Below are positions 48,401 through 59,322 of a stretch of DNA of 64,000 bases, piece after piece. The translations under genes were made by a program, and so were the position numbers. This DNA comes from Desulfuromonadales bacterium (GTDB lineage Bacteria > Desulfobacterota > Desulfuromonadia > Desulfuromonadales > BM103). The first letter of the stretch is position 1; every line of letters starts with the position of its first letter. Below the pieces are notes generated by a model, which saw nothing but the letters and a program-made list of their open reading frames with translations, searched no databases and had not been told where the DNA came from. The stretch covers positions 15,978-79,977 of the forward strand of contig JAQYVZ010000008.1 in the NCBI GenBank assembly GCA_030145205.1, read 5' to 3'.

Positions 48401-49351
48401 ATGGATAGAATCTTGGACGTGAAAGTTTTTGCCGGCAACTCGAATTCTGGTTTGGCGAACGAAATTTGCGCACACCTGAATGTGCCCCTGTCGAAGGCGG
48501 ATGTCAAAGCCTTCTCCGACGGGGAGGTGATGGTTGAAATCGGTGAAAACGTGCGTGGCCGGGATGTGTTCATTATCCAGTCAACCTGTTCACCGGCCAA
48601 CCACAACCTGATGGAGTTGTTGGTGATGACGGACGCGCTCAAGCGGGCTTCTGCAGCCCGGATTACGGCCGTTATCCCTTACTTCGGCTATGCCCGCCAG
48701 GATCGCAAGGTTGCACCGCGTACGCCGATTACCAGTAAACTTGTTGCAGATCTGATTACGACCGCCGGGGTTCACCGCGTGCTGTGCGTCGACCTGCACG
48801 CCGGCCAGATCCAGGGCTTTTTTAATATCCCGGTGGATCATCTGTATGCTGCACCGGTTATTCTTGACGACATCAAGGGGCGTTTTGGCGATAACGAGCT
48901 GGTTGTCGTTTCCCCGGATGCTGGCGGCACGGAGCGCGCTCGCGCCTTTGCCAAGCGGCTGCATGCCGGCCTGGCGATTATCGATAAGCGGCGCAGCGGC
49001 CCGAATATTTCTGAAGTCATGCATATTATCGGTGATGTTGAGGGCCAGACTTGCATTATCATCGATGACATGATCGATACTGCCGGAACCTTGTGTCAGG
49101 CTGCAGCGGCTCTGAAGAAGCATGGTGCGGCGGCGGTCTACGCGACCGCGACCCATGCGGTTCTGTCCGGGCCAGCTCTTGAGCGGATCAGCGAAAGCTG
49201 TCTGGAAGAGGTTCTGGTGACGAACACCATCCCAGTTGAAGAGAAAGTTAAGGAGTGCGCCAGCCTGCGTCAGATCTCTGTCGCGAGTTTACTGGCCGAG
49301 GCGATCCGCCGTATTCATGGAGAAGAATCTGTCAGCTCGCTGTTCGTTTGA
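48401..49351 (+). CDS. prs: ribose-phosphate pyrophosphokinase
   Basis: [10 protein letters not shown] and DDMIDTAGT (PRPP loop) motifs are present. Confidence 0.95.
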   Translation: MDRILDVKVFAGNSNSGLANEICAHLNVPLSKADVKAFSDGEVMVEIGENVRGRDVFIIQSTCSPANHNLMELLVMTDALKRASAARITAVIPYFGYARQDRKVAPRTPITSKLVADLITTAGVHRVLCVDLHAGQIQGFFNIPVDHLYAAPVILDDIKGRFGDNELVVVSPDAGGTERARAFAKRLHAGLAIIDKRRSGPNISEVMHIIGDVEGQTCIIIDDMIDTAGTLCQAAAALKKHGAAAVYATATHAVLSGPALERISESCLEEVLVTNTIPVEEKVKECASLRQISVASLLAEAIRRIHGEESVSSLFV

Positions 49352-49409
49352 CAGCCTGCCGACTCTCATTATCTAGAAAAGCATAACGCATTAAATGGAG
49401 GATAAATAG

Positions 49410-50054
49410 ATGGCTGAAACAGTACTGAATGCATCGTTGCGTGGGCGCGTCGGCAAGGGCGGTTCCCGCTCCCTGCGTCGTGAAGAGAAGATTCCTGCGG
49501 TTGTTTACGGCAAGAGTCTGGAGACCTGCTCCATGGTGGTCGATCCCAAGGAGTTGAAGACTGCGCTGTCCACTGAGGATGGTATGAACGTTCTGATCAC
49601 CCTGAAAGGTGAGGGTCCGTTCGACGGTAAGGTGGTTATTCTGAAGGACATGCAGGTTCATCCGATCCGTCGCGATCTGCAACATGCCGATTTTCAGGTC
49701 ATCGACCTGACGCAGAAGTTCCTCGTCATGGTCCCGGTCCAGCCGGTGGGCAAGTCGGCAGGCGAAAAAGAGGGTGGCCAGCTGCAGATTGTCCGGCACG
49801 AGCTGGAAGTCTACTGTCTGCCGACCGCTATTCCCAAGGCGATCGAAGTCGATGTCACTGCGCTGAATATCGGCGATGTCGTGCATATCGAAGATATCCC
49901 GCTGGAAGGGGATATTGAGATTCCGCACGACGTCAACTTCACGGTTCTGACGGTTGTCGGGATCATGGCTGAAGAAGAAGAAGAAGAAGAAGGCGAAGAG
50001 GAAGTTGGTGAAGTTGCTGAAGAGGGCGATGCAGAGGCTTCCGAAGAAGAGTAG
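49410..50054 (+). CDS. rplY: 50S ribosomal protein L25 / general stress protein Ctc, with an acidic tail
   Basis: G.GGSR.LRREEKIPAVVYG N-terminus; Ctc-type two-domain length. The C-terminal poly-Glu tail is encoded by (GAA)7. Confidence 0.9.
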   Translation: MAETVLNASLRGRVGKGGSRSLRREEKIPAVVYGKSLETCSMVVDPKELKTALSTEDGMNVLITLKGEGPFDGKVVILKDMQVHPIRRDLQHADFQVIDLTQKFLVMVPVQPVGKSAGEKEGGQLQIVRHELEVYCLPTAIPKAIEVDVTALNIGDVVHIEDIPLEGDIEIPHDVNFTVLTVVGIMAEEEEEEEGEEEVGEVAEEGDAEASEEE

Positions 50055-50064
50055 GTACACCGGT

Positions 50065-50655
50065 TTGAAGCTGATTGTCGGTTTAGGTAACCCCGGTCCG
50101 GAATATGCCGAGACCCGTCACAACATCGGATTTATGGTGGTGACCAGGGCTGCGGAACGGGCCGGTATCACGATCAAGCGCAAAGCGCACCAGGGACTCT
50201 TGGGTGTGGGGCGCTGGGGCGGCGAAGAAGTGACCTTGCTTCTGCCCCAGACTTACATGAACCGTAGCGGCGCCAGCGTCAGTTCTGCATGTCAATCCCT
50301 CGGTGTTTCACCGGGGGATTTGATTGTTGTCCATGACGAGATCGACCTGCCTTTCAACAGTATGAAGGTTAAGGTTGGCGGCGGTCACGGTGGGCACAAC
50401 GGCCTGCGCAGTATCGGCGGCGTGTTGGCAAACACCGATTACGTCCGATTGCGGATGGGTGTTGGCCGCCCCCCCGCAGGCGGCGATGTCTCCCGCTATG
50501 TGCTGAACCGCTTCGCTTCGACGGAGCGTTCGGAGCTGGCCGGATGGATCGATATGGCGACGGACGCGCTGGAACTTGTTCTGACTAACGGCCCGCAAGA
50601 GGCCATGAATAAATATAACACGCGGATATCACAAGCCACGGAAGAAACTGGTTAA
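50065..50655 (+). CDS. pth: peptidyl-tRNA hydrolase
   Basis: [21 protein letters not shown] motif. The TTG at 50065 is the first plausible start after the rplY stop. The longer ORF from 49954 is an out-of-frame read-through of the GAA repeat. Confidence 0.88.
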   Translation: MKLIVGLGNPGPEYAETRHNIGFMVVTRAAERAGITIKRKAHQGLLGVGRWGGEEVTLLLPQTYMNRSGASVSSACQSLGVSPGDLIVVHDEIDLPFNSMKVKVGGGHGGHNGLRSIGGVLANTDYVRLRMGVGRPPAGGDVSRYVLNRFASTERSELAGWIDMATDALELVLTNGPQEAMNKYNTRISQATEETG

Positions 50656-50675
50656 CACGCTTAAGGGAGGTTCAA

Positions 50676-52685
50676 ATGCAGGCAATTGCACCCGTATTAG
50701 GGGTCATCGGTTTTATTGTCGCTGTTGTGCTCTACACCAGAGTCAAGGCGCAACCTGTCGGAAACGACACCATGAAGCAAATTTCTGAAGAGATTCACGC
50801 CGGCGCAATGGCATTTTTGGGTCGTGAATACAGGGTCCTGGCGATTTTTATCGCACTGGTCTTTCTGATCATCACGATCGGTATGAATTATCAGACAGCG
50901 TTTGCCTTTCTTGGCGGTGCTCTCTGTTCCATGACCTGCGGTTTCATCGGTATGAAAGCTGCGACCCGGGCCAATGTCAGGACCACTGAGGCGGCTCGTG
51001 CAAAGGGTCAGGCGGATGCTCTGATGGTTTCGTTCAACGGCGGTGCAGTTATGGGCCTGGCTGTTGCGTCGCTTGGCCTGGTTGGCGTTGGCATCGCTTA
51101 TATGGTGTTCGGTGGCGATCCTGTGACGGTAAGGTATATTAACGGGTTCGCCATGGGCGCGTCTTCCATCGCCCTGTTCGCCCGTGTCGGCGGCGGTATT
51201 TATACTAAGGCTGCCGATGTCGGTGCTGACCTGGTGGGTAAAATTGAAGCAGGCATCCCAGAAGATGACCCTCGCAACCCTGGTGTTATTGCCGACAACG
51301 TTGGTGACTGTGTCGGTGACACGGCTGGTATGGGCGCTGACATTTTCGAATCGTATGTCGGTTCGATTATCGCGACCATCGCTATTGCGGCGGCCGCCAG
51401 CCCGGAACTGCTGGCAAAGCTCGGTACCGGGGCCGATGTCCAGGCTGCGGCGATGTATCTGCCAATCGCCCTGGCTGTGACCGGCCTGTTGTTCTCTTTT
51501 GTCGGCATCTGGTCGATGAAGAAGCTTTGTAACCAGGACCCGGCCAAGGCTTTGCACTACACGACATTTGTTGCTGCTGGTGGCTTCCTTGTCATGTCCA
51601 TCCTGGTTGTCTGGGGGATGGGCCTTAATTTCGGTGTATTCCTGGCCATTCTGGTTGGTTGCCTGTCCGGTATCGCGATTGGGCAGATTACCGAGTATTA
51701 TACGGCGAAAACCCCGGTTTCCCGGATCGCTGAAGCCAGTAAGACCGGCCCGGCGACCAACATCATCACTGGCCTTGCTGTTGGTCTTGAAAGTACTGCC
51801 GGCCCCATATTGGTCATCTGCGTGACCATTGCCGTTGCCAATGCTTTCGCCGGTCTGTACGGTATCGGTATTGCCGCTGTCGGCATGTTGGCGACGGTTG
51901 GTGTCACCATGACGGTTGATGCGTATGGCCCTATTGCTGATAATGCTGGCGGCATCTCTGAGATGGCCGGCCTTGGTGAAGATGTTCGCAAGATTACCGA
52001 TGGCCTGGACGCCATCGGCAATACGACGGCGGCGATCGGTAAAGGTTTTGCTATCGGTTCCGCGGCCCTGACGGCGTTGGCCCTGTTCTCCGCCTACGCG
52101 ACCACGGTCAAGCTTGAGATTATCAACCTGATTGACCCGAAAGTGGTTATCGGCCTGCTCATCGGCGGTGCCCTGCCGTTTTTTATCGGTGCCCTGACCA
52201 TGACCAGTGTTGGTCGCGCTGCCGGCAAGATGGTTGACGAGATTCGTCGCCAGTTTCGCGAGATTCCCGGTCTGCTGGAAGGTAAAGAAGGTGTCAGGCC
52301 TGAGTCCGAGAAGTGTGTCGACATCTCTGCTCGTGCTGCTCTTCGTGAGATGATCCTGCCCGGTGTTGTGGCGGTTATCGCCCCGGTTTTGATCGGCTTC
52401 ATTGTCGGCAAGGAAGCTCTCGGTGGAATGCTGGCCGGTGCGACTCTGGCGGGCGTGCTGTTGGCCCTGATGATGTCGAACGGCGGCGGTGCCTGGGACA
52501 ACGCCAAGAAATTCATCGAAAAGGGCGACCTGGCCGGTGAGGAGAAGGGTGGCTCCGCCCACGAGGCCGCGGTTATCGGCGACACTGTCGGCGACCCCTT
52601 CAAAGATACTTCCGGCCCGGCCATGAACATCCTGATCAAGCTGATGAGCGTGGTTTCGCTGGTGATTGCACCCCTGCTGGTTTAA
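50676..52685 (+). CDS. hppA: membrane-bound proton/sodium-translocating pyrophosphatase
   Basis: 669 aa and polytopic. [26 protein letters not shown] and [14 protein letters not shown] motifs are present. Confidence 0.96.
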   Translation: MQAIAPVLGVIGFIVAVVLYTRVKAQPVGNDTMKQISEEIHAGAMAFLGREYRVLAIFIALVFLIITIGMNYQTAFAFLGGALCSMTCGFIGMKAATRANVRTTEAARAKGQADALMVSFNGGAVMGLAVASLGLVGVGIAYMVFGGDPVTVRYINGFAMGASSIALFARVGGGIYTKAADVGADLVGKIEAGIPEDDPRNPGVIADNVGDCVGDTAGMGADIFESYVGSIIATIAIAAAASPELLAKLGTGADVQAAAMYLPIALAVTGLLFSFVGIWSMKKLCNQDPAKALHYTTFVAAGGFLVMSILVVWGMGLNFGVFLAILVGCLSGIAIGQITEYYTAKTPVSRIAEASKTGPATNIITGLAVGLESTAGPILVICVTIAVANAFAGLYGIGIAAVGMLATVGVTMTVDAYGPIADNAGGISEMAGLGEDVRKITDGLDAIGNTTAAIGKGFAIGSAALTALALFSAYATTVKLEIINLIDPKVVIGLLIGGALPFFIGALTMTSVGRAAGKMVDEIRRQFREIPGLLEGKEGVRPESEKCVDISARAALREMILPGVVAVIAPVLIGFIVGKEALGGMLAGATLAGVLLALMMSNGGGAWDNAKKFIEKGDLAGEEKGGSAHEAAVIGDTVGDPFKDTSGPAMNILIKLMSVVSLVIAPLLV

Positions 52686-52707
52686 GGCGGGCAATCGTTT
52701 TGTCTGA

Positions 52708-52745
52708 CAGGGATAGTCGGGTTCTCCCGGCTATCCCTGTTTTTC
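52708..52745 (+). terminator. rho-independent terminator after hppA
   Basis: CAGGGATAG-CGGG-ttct-CCCG-CTATCCCTG followed by TTTTT. Confidence 0.8.
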
Positions 52746-52898
52746 GTATTTGTCGGCTCCGTTGCAATGCACTTTAAAATGTTTGCTTCGAAGTCGAGCC
52801 TATGATAAATAACAAAGTTCTTTCCAAGGAGAAACATAGGGTTTCTCCGCTCCTTGCTCCATTTAAATGGGGCTGTTAAAACTCTCGAGGAGGTTCCT

Positions 52899-53306
52899 AT
52901 GCGTACCTACGAAGCTATTTTTATCGTCCACCCGGACGTCGTAGGGGACGACCTGACCGCAGTCATCGACAAGTATAAGCAGATCTTGGTCGATGAAGGT
53001 GCCAGCGTCCTCAAAGTCGACAACTGGGGCACCCGTACCCTGGCGTACATGGTGAAGAAGCAGACCCAAGGTTGTTACGTTATGGTGATTTTTGATGCTC
53101 CGGCACCGGCGATTGCTGAATTCGAACGCCGCATGCGTATCGATGAATCGATCATCAAGTTCCAGACCGTTATGCTGGAGGGTGGTTACGACGCCCCCGC
53201 AGAAGTGGCTGAGCCTGCTGCGGAAGAAGCTGAAGTCTCGAAAGAAGCCGAAGCCTCTAAAGAAGCTGAAGCGTCGGAAGAAGCTGAAGCGTCGAAAGAA
53301 GCCTGA
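52899..53306 (+). CDS. rpsF: 30S ribosomal protein S6 with a repetitive acidic tail
   Basis: Begins MRTYEAIFIVHPD, preceded by a GGAGG RBS. The C-terminus carries 4 copies of an 18-nt EAEASK-type repeat. Confidence 0.93.
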   Translation: MRTYEAIFIVHPDVVGDDLTAVIDKYKQILVDEGASVLKVDNWGTRTLAYMVKKQTQGCYVMVIFDAPAPAIAEFERRMRIDESIIKFQTVMLEGGYDAPAEVAEPAAEEAEVSKEAEASKEAEASEEAEASKEA

Positions 53307-53339
53307 TTGCCAACCAACAACCTGTAAGGAGAGACGATA

Positions 53340-53600
53340 ATGGCAGTTGCAAAACGTTCCGGTGGCCCGCGTCGGCGCTACAGCCGTCGCAAAGTGTGCC
53401 GTTTTTGTGCGGATAAAAGTCTATCAATCGATTACAAGGATGTGCGCACCCTGCGCAACTTCCTGACCGAGCGGGGCAAGATTGTGCCACGTCGCATTTC
53501 CGGCAGCTGCGCCGAGCATCAGCGCAAACTGACTGCAGCCATCAAGCGGGCGCGCAACATTGCCCTGCTGCCCTTTACGGCCAGTCACTCACTCGACTAG
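53340..53600 (+). CDS. rpsR: 30S ribosomal protein S18
   Basis: CRFC..K...IDYKDV..LR.F....GKI.PRR.SG.CA.HQR motif pattern. Confidence 0.93.
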   Translation: MAVAKRSGGPRRRYSRRKVCRFCADKSLSIDYKDVRTLRNFLTERGKIVPRRISGSCAEHQRKLTAAIKRARNIALLPFTASHSLD

Positions 53601-53623
53601 CCGTTGCGCCTGACGGGCAGAGC

Positions 53624-54559
53624 ATGCCGCAGATACTGATTGTTATTCTAGGAGCCCTGGTCAGCTTTGTGCTGTTCAGAGCATCAGGACAGTTTGGCCC
53701 GGTGGCTATCGTGAGCAACCTGCTGGTGCCGCTCGTCCCGGCCTATGTCGGGATGAGAGTTGGTCCGCTGGCCAGCGTGATTGCCGTGCTGGTCGCGACT
53801 CTTCTGGCACTTGTCAGCATGGGCTTGTCGAGCGCCTGCCTGTACCTGTTGCAGTTTGGCGTGATGGCGGTTGCCTTGGTCTGGTTCCTGCGGACAACCC
53901 GTCGCTGGGATCGTGCCGTTGCCTTGGCGCTGCTGGTTATGATCGTTGCCACGTTGCTTGGGCTGGGTGGTTACGCGCTGTTGCAGGGCAAAGGGCCGAT
54001 CGTCCTGGCGGGCGAAATCATCAACGCCGAGATTGCACAGGCCAGCGCATTCATGAACAGCATGTTTGCTGATTCGGCGGCAACCTCGGCAGATGCCCGC
54101 GAGTTGAAGCTTGCCGTTGAGGGCATGGCTGATTTCATGCGGCAGGTCTACCCGGGCATGGTGATTCTGGTAAGCGGCCTGTTGCTGCTCGGACTGACCG
54201 CGCTGCTCAAGCTGGTCGGCCGGAATCGCTACCAGATTCCGGGGCCTCCGTTTGCTGAATGGAAAGCTCCGGAACAGTTGGTCTGGATCTTGATCGCCAG
54301 CGGCTTTATGGTGGCCTTACTGACAGGGATGACGCGCACGGTTGCTCTGAACCTGCTGGTTGTTTTGCTGCCGGTCTATTTTGTTCAGGGCCTGGCTGTC
54401 ATCGACTGCTTTTTCAGGCGCAAGGCGCTGTCGCCGGCGCTCCGTATTCTCGGCTATATGTTGGTCACCCTGGTCAACCCCCTCCCGATGTTCGTGACAG
54501 GTATCGGGGTGTTTGACTTGTGGATCGACTTTAGAAAACCACGTGAACAGAAAGATTAG
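53624..54559 (+). CDS. DUF2232/YybS-like polytopic membrane protein
   Basis: Multiple TM helices. Its position between rpsR and rplI matches the yybS position in other bacteria. Confidence 0.6.
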   Translation: MPQILIVILGALVSFVLFRASGQFGPVAIVSNLLVPLVPAYVGMRVGPLASVIAVLVATLLALVSMGLSSACLYLLQFGVMAVALVWFLRTTRRWDRAVALALLVMIVATLLGLGGYALLQGKGPIVLAGEIINAEIAQASAFMNSMFADSAATSADARELKLAVEGMADFMRQVYPGMVILVSGLLLLGLTALLKLVGRNRYQIPGPPFAEWKAPEQLVWILIASGFMVALLTGMTRTVALNLLVVLLPVYFVQGLAVIDCFFRRKALSPALRILGYMLVTLVNPLPMFVTGIGVFDLWIDFRKPREQKD

Positions 54560-54588
54560 CGCAGAGTGCTCATTTGGAGGATAGATCG

Positions 54589-55104
54589 ATGGATGTTATT
54601 TTGACTGAAAATGTAAAAGGGCTTGGCCAGATTGGTGATGTTGTCACTGTCAAGGCGGGCTACAGCCGCAACTACCTGATCCCGAAAGGTCTCGCTGTCG
54701 AAGCAAACCAGCGGAACATAAAGGAGCTCGAACACCACAAGCGTCAACTGACTCGCAAGTCTGAAAAGTTGAGCCAGGAAGCGGCCGACATCAAGGCTCG
54801 CATTGAGGCTCTTGAGTGCGTGTTCACCTTGCGTGCCAGTGAAGAAGGCAAGCTGTTCGGGTCGGTCACCAACATGGAGATTGAAGCGTCCATGGCAGAG
54901 CAGGGCGTTGAGATTGATCGCCGCAAGATCCAGCTCGACAAGCCGATCAAGACGCTGGGCGAGCATGAGGTCGACATCAAGCTGAATGCTGGTGTCAACG
55001 CGGCCCTCAAGGTTAAGGTTGTGGATGCTGACGCTGTGATTGAAACGTCAGAGACCCCTGTGGAAGCAGCTCCTGAAGTCGCTGAAGCGGACCAGGCTGA
55101 ATAA
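54589..55104 (+). CDS. rplI: 50S ribosomal protein L9
   Basis: MDVILTENVKGLGQIGDVVTVKAGYSRNYLIPKGLA, preceded by a GGAGGA RBS. Confidence 0.94.
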   Translation: MDVILTENVKGLGQIGDVVTVKAGYSRNYLIPKGLAVEANQRNIKELEHHKRQLTRKSEKLSQEAADIKARIEALECVFTLRASEEGKLFGSVTNMEIEASMAEQGVEIDRRKIQLDKPIKTLGEHEVDIKLNAGVNAALKVKVVDADAVIETSETPVEAAPEVAEADQAE

Positions 55105-55169
55105 AGATTGTTGGTTGAATAGATGGCCCCTTGCACTCAGCAGGGGGCTATCCTTCGCGGAGGGCGTTT

Positions 55170-56546
55170 ATGCCGCAAGCTGCTGAGCATCGTCTGCCGC
55201 CCCAGAATCTCGAAGCGGAGATGTCTGTCCTGGGCGGAGTTCTTCTCGAGAACGAGGCTCTGAACAAGGCACTGGAATTGCTTCGTCCTGATGACTTCTA
55301 TCGGGAAGCCCACCGTAATATTTTTACTGCCCTGATCGATCTAGCTGATCGCCAGGAACCCGCTGACTTGGTCACCCTGACAGCCGCTCTCAAGGCGGAG
55401 GGTAAACTGGATTCTATCGGTGGTAGTGCCTACCTGTCTACTCTGGTCGATTATGTTCCCACGGCCGCCAATATCAGTTTCTACTGCAAGCTCGTCAAAG
55501 AGAAGGCCATTTCCCGTGAATTGATTCGCGTCGCCACTGAAATTGCTGGTCGCGGCTATGACGGTGGCAAGATTGATCTGGCACTCGATTGGGCGGAGAC
55601 CGAGATTTTCAAGATTGCCAACATGAAGTCCCGTAAGGCCTTTTTTGCGACTCGGGACATCGTGAAGGATGCTATCAAGACGATCGAAAAGCTCTATGAC
55701 CGTAAGGAGCTGATTACCGGCGTACCGACCGGTTTTAACGATCTGGACGGAATGACAGCCGGCTTTCAGCCGGGCGACCTGATTATCGTGGCCGGCCGCC
55801 CCTCCATGGGCAAGACGGCCTTCTGTCTGAACCTGGTCGAGCATGCCACCATGCACGCCAGTGAACCCGTGCCTGCTGCGATTTTTTCCCTGGAGATGGG
55901 CAAAGAACAACTGGTGCAGCGTTTGCTTTGTTCTGTGGCACGCATTGAGGCCAACCGGGTACGAAACGGCAAACTGGCCCAGTCGGAGTTCCCGAAACTG
56001 GTCACAGCGGCGGGGAGACTTGCTGATGCGGAGATTTACATTGATGATAGCCCGGCAATCTCCGTTCTCGAAGTGCGCGCCAAGGCCCGGCGTTTGAAAG
56101 CTGAGAAGAAGATCGGGATGGTCGTGGTCGACTACCTGCAGTTGATGCAGGGCAGCAATACCGAGAGCCGACAGCAGGAGATCTCGGAGATCTCCCGTTC
56201 GCTCAAGGCGCTTGCAAAAGAACTGAACTTGCCCGTGATTGCCTTGTCACAGCTGAATCGCTCTCTTGAAAGCCGTACCGACAAACGGCCGATTCTTGCT
56301 GACTTGCGTGAGTCCGGAGCCATTGAGCAGGACGCCGACGTGATTCTGTTCCTCTACCGTGAGGCGGTGTACTGTGAAGCCTGTAAGAGCCGGGATAAGG
56401 TGTGCGACAAGGGTCATGAACGTCAGGCTGAGGTAATTGTCGGCAAACAGCGTAACGGCCCGCTCGGCATCGAGTCTTTGACGTTTTTCGGCGAATACCT
56501 GCGTTTCGAAAGTCAGTCAAAGCGGAAGGATACCTACCCGGCTTAA
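55170..56546 (+). CDS. dnaB: replicative DNA helicase
   Basis: PPQNLEAEMSVLGG N-terminus and Walker A AGRPSMGKTAF. LSQLNR and RESGAIEQDAD motifs are present. Confidence 0.95.
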   Translation: MPQAAEHRLPPQNLEAEMSVLGGVLLENEALNKALELLRPDDFYREAHRNIFTALIDLADRQEPADLVTLTAALKAEGKLDSIGGSAYLSTLVDYVPTAANISFYCKLVKEKAISRELIRVATEIAGRGYDGGKIDLALDWAETEIFKIANMKSRKAFFATRDIVKDAIKTIEKLYDRKELITGVPTGFNDLDGMTAGFQPGDLIIVAGRPSMGKTAFCLNLVEHATMHASEPVPAAIFSLEMGKEQLVQRLLCSVARIEANRVRNGKLAQSEFPKLVTAAGRLADAEIYIDDSPAISVLEVRAKARRLKAEKKIGMVVVDYLQLMQGSNTESRQQEISEISRSLKALAKELNLPVIALSQLNRSLESRTDKRPILADLRESGAIEQDADVILFLYREAVYCEACKSRDKVCDKGHERQAEVIVGKQRNGPLGIESLTFFGEYLRFESQSKRKDTYPA

Positions 56547-56574
56547 TCGGGGCGTGAAGGAAAGCAGATTTGGA

Positions 56575-56605
56575 AAGCGGCCCGCAATAACGGCCCGCTT
56601 TTTCA
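56575..56605. terminator. bidirectional terminator between dnaB and folA
   Basis: AGCGGCCCG-caataa-CGGCCCGCT (one internal mismatch), flanked by A- and T-runs. Confidence 0.55.
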
Positions 56606-56667
56606 GTTTTTGTCCAGTTTGTAACGGCACTGTAAACTGCCGGGGCAGTCTCCTCACACGGTACGCG

Positions 56668-57141
56668 TCACTTCTTTAAATACCGCACATAACGGAAGCC
56701 CTCGTCATCCCGTTCTTCCATAATCAACCAGTCCGTAAAATCAATGTCCGGAAAGTAGCGATCCCCGGAAAAGTCACCTTCGATCCATGACACATGCAGG
56801 GTTTCTACAATGTCCAGCGCCTTTTGGTAGACTGTCCTGCCGCCGATGAAAAAGACCGGTTCGCCGATCCGCCAGGCCGTGACCAGGGCTTCCGGCAGGT
56901 TGCGGCAGACCGTGACCCCCTCGCATGCGGACAGGGTTCGACTTAGTACCAGATTGTGCCGGTTGACCAGAGGCGCGTCGAGTGATTCAAAAGTTTTGCG
57001 CCCCATAATCACCGTATGCTGTTCGGTCAGGTGGCGAAACAGTTTTAAATCCGCTGGCCGGTGCCAGGGCAACCGGCCGTGAGTGCCGATGAGGCGGTGG
57101 CGGTCCATGGCGACGATGATGGCGAGATCGGGCTTAGGCAT
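56668..57141 (-). CDS. folA: dihydrofolate reductase
   Basis: IVAMDRHRLIG..G.LPW, MGRKTFESL and FFIGG motifs are present. Confidence 0.9.
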   Translation of the reverse strand: MPKPDLAIIVAMDRHRLIGTHGRLPWHRPADLKLFRHLTEQHTVIMGRKTFESLDAPLVNRHNLVLSRTLSACEGVTVCRNLPEALVTAWRIGEPVFFIGGRTVYQKALDIVETLHVSWIEGDFSGDRYFPDIDFTDWLIMEERDDEGFRYVRYLKK

Positions 57142-57273
57142 TGCTTCCCTCGTGAAGTGGTTGTTGTGAGCTTATCACGACCTGTTTGGAAAAAAAAGAG
57201 ACGAGCTTTGAGTAGTAGGTTGCGGGAATGTTGGTAAATTAGAGGTGCTATTAGAAAACCTCAGGAGATTGTT

Positions 57274-57798
57274 ATGCGTACTGTCCTGGTTGTCCTCTGT
57301 GTTCTCCTTGCTGTGCCTTTGTCTGTTCAAGGGGCTGACGATCGCTTCCTCGAAATCGGAATCCGGGGTGGTCTCGATGCCGCCGGAACCCGGGAGAATT
57401 ACGTTGCCCGGGAGGTATATCTGTCCGCCGAGATGCCTTGGCAGTTGCCGATCGAAGCCCTCTCCGGGCTGAATATCAGGCTTGAAGCCGGGGCAGCTCA
57501 ATTCAAAACAGCCGGTGATGAAGGCTGTTGGCTGGCTGTCGGGGGGACGCTGGTTTACCGAATGTATGGTGACAGTCTGGAGCTTGAAGCAGGCTGGCGG
57601 CCGACCTGGCTGCCTGATTATCAGTTCGGCAGTGACCATTTTGGTGGGCAGGCGCAGTTTTCGACGCATGTCGGTATGGCGTTTGTCTGGCAGAGGACCC
57701 GTTATTCCTATCGCTTCCAGCACACATCGAATGCCGGGATCTATGCCGATAACCCCGGTCTTGACCTGCATATGTTCGGGGTCGGCTTCAGGTTCTGA
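57274..57798 (+). CDS. acyloxyacyl hydrolase / lipid A deacylase (PagL-like) outer-membrane protein
   Basis: Signal peptide and a beta-barrel pattern. C-terminal FQHTSNAG (His/Ser) motif, ending in F. Confidence 0.7.
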   Translation: MRTVLVVLCVLLAVPLSVQGADDRFLEIGIRGGLDAAGTRENYVAREVYLSAEMPWQLPIEALSGLNIRLEAGAAQFKTAGDEGCWLAVGGTLVYRMYGDSLELEAGWRPTWLPDYQFGSDHFGGQAQFSTHVGMAFVWQRTRYSYRFQHTSNAGIYADNPGLDLHMFGVGFRF

Positions 57799-57848
57799 TG
57801 CGTTGAAGGAGAACCGGGTCGGCGAAACGTCTGCTTATGCTGAAGACG

Positions 57849-59291
57849 CTAGACGTTATTGTTGCGTTTGACCTCAATGCCCAGAGTTTTGATTTTCTTG
57901 CGCAGGGTGTTGCGGTTGATGCCGAGGATCTCTGCCGTCCTGACCTGGTTGCCGCGGGTCCGTTCCAGGACGATGTTGATCAGTGGCCGCTCCATCTGGT
58001 GGAGCACCATGTCATAGAGGCTGTCCATTTCCTGGAAGTCCATCTGGGCGAGCGAATTCTGGAGCTTGGTGGCGATCAGCCCTTCAAGAGAGGTATCGGT
58101 GCGCTCGCCCTCTGCCTCGCCACTCAATTCCTCGAAGTCTTCTGCTTCAAGCAGAACGTTTGGTGACAACAGGGCCACGCGCTGTAAGGTGTTCTCCAAC
58201 TCACGAATGTTGCCGGGCCAGCTGTGACCAAGCAGCTTCTGCATCGCTTCCGGAGTGACGCCTGCAGCTTGGGTGCGGAGCTCCTCCCGAGCGCGGGTCA
58301 GGAAGTGTTCGACCAGGTCCGGGATGTCATCCTGCCGGTCTCGTAGCGGGGGGAGTTCCAGGGGGACGACGTTCAAACGGTAGAATAAATCTTCGCGGAA
58401 CTCTTTCTGACGAACCTGCTTTTTCAAGTTCTGGTTGGTCGCGGCGACGATTCTGACGTCGACCTGCAGAGTCTGGTTGCCGCCGGTCCGGGTAACTTCT
58501 TTCTCCTGGAGCACCCGTAGCAGTTTGGCTTGCAGTTCGAGCGGCATGTCGCCGATCTCATCCAGAAAGAGGGTGCCACCGTTGGCTTGTTCGAATTTGC
58601 CGGCTTTTCGCTCCGTGGCTCCGGTGAAGGCTCCCCGCTCATGGCCAAACAGTTCGCTTTCGAGCAGTTCCCGGGGAATGGCGGCGCAATTGAGTGCGAT
58701 GAATGGCTTGCCGAGGCGCGGACTGTTAAAGTGGATGGCTCTGGCGATCAACTCCTTGCCGGTGCCACTTTCGCCGGAAATCAGAACGGTAACGTCCGAA
58801 GGGGCGATCTTGCCGAGGACCTTGTAGACGGTCTGCATCGGCTGGCTCTGGCCGATAATGGTTCGATCCAGCTGGTAATGGTCCTTCAGTTCCTCTTTGA
58901 GGCGGCCGACCTCTTCAGAGATGTTTGATGCCTTCTGCGCTTTCAGGATGATAGCGTCGACCACCTCCAGATCAAACGGCTTGGTGATATAGTCGTAGGC
59001 ACCGCCCTTCATCGCCTCAATGGCATTTTTCATCGTTGACTCAGCCGTCATGATGACCACCAGGGTGCGCGGTGATTCCTTCTGCAGTTTGCCAAGCAGC
59101 TTCAGCCCGCTCATTCCGGGCATCTTGATATCGAGAATTGCCAGGTCATAGGAATGTTTGCGGCTCAGTTCCAGTGCGTCTGTGCCGGTGCTGGCCAAGT
59201 CAACCTGGTAGTCCTGTTTGCTCAGTGCTTTGGAGAGCACCCAGCGGATGCTGTCTTCGTCGTCTGCGACCAGAATGCGTTTGATGGACAT
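57849..59291 (-). CDS. ntrC: sigma54-dependent response regulator (NtrC family)
   Basis: Receiver domain (ILVADDE...D..MPGMSG). AAA+ domain with GESGTGKE and GAFTGA motifs. C-terminal Fis-type HTH. Confidence 0.85.
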   Translation of the reverse strand: MSIKRILVADDEDSIRWVLSKALSKQDYQVDLASTGTDALELSRKHSYDLAILDIKMPGMSGLKLLGKLQKESPRTLVVIMTAESTMKNAIEAMKGGAYDYITKPFDLEVVDAIILKAQKASNISEEVGRLKEELKDHYQLDRTIIGQSQPMQTVYKVLGKIAPSDVTVLISGESGTGKELIARAIHFNSPRLGKPFIALNCAAIPRELLESELFGHERGAFTGATERKAGKFEQANGGTLFLDEIGDMPLELQAKLLRVLQEKEVTRTGGNQTLQVDVRIVAATNQNLKKQVRQKEFREDLFYRLNVVPLELPPLRDRQDDIPDLVEHFLTRAREELRTQAAGVTPEAMQKLLGHSWPGNIRELENTLQRVALLSPNVLLEAEDFEELSGEAEGERTDTSLEGLIATKLQNSLAQMDFQEMDSLYDMVLHQMERPLINIVLERTRGNQVRTAEILGINRNTLRKKIKTLGIEVKRNNNV

Positions 59292-59322
59292 TATCTTTTA
59301 TCTCTCCATGAGGTGCTGAGTC

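Noticed and set aside
49954-50064. N-terminal extension of pth beginning MSGSWLKKKKKKK.
   Set aside because: It is the out-of-frame reading of the rplY (GAA)7 tail. The conserved Pth N-terminus (LIVGLGNPG) begins right after the TTG at 50065.
50697-52694. 665-aa ORF on the minus strand.
   Set aside because: It is an exact antisense shadow of hppA. Its composition is Arg/Gly/Asp/His-rich and low in complexity with no motifs, which is a typical high-GC antisense artefact. The same reasoning applies to 61735-62850 (antisense to gltA), 29907-31019 (ftsH/folP), 45736-46758 (TAXI receptor), 36982-38088, 33679-34605 and 9052-9963.
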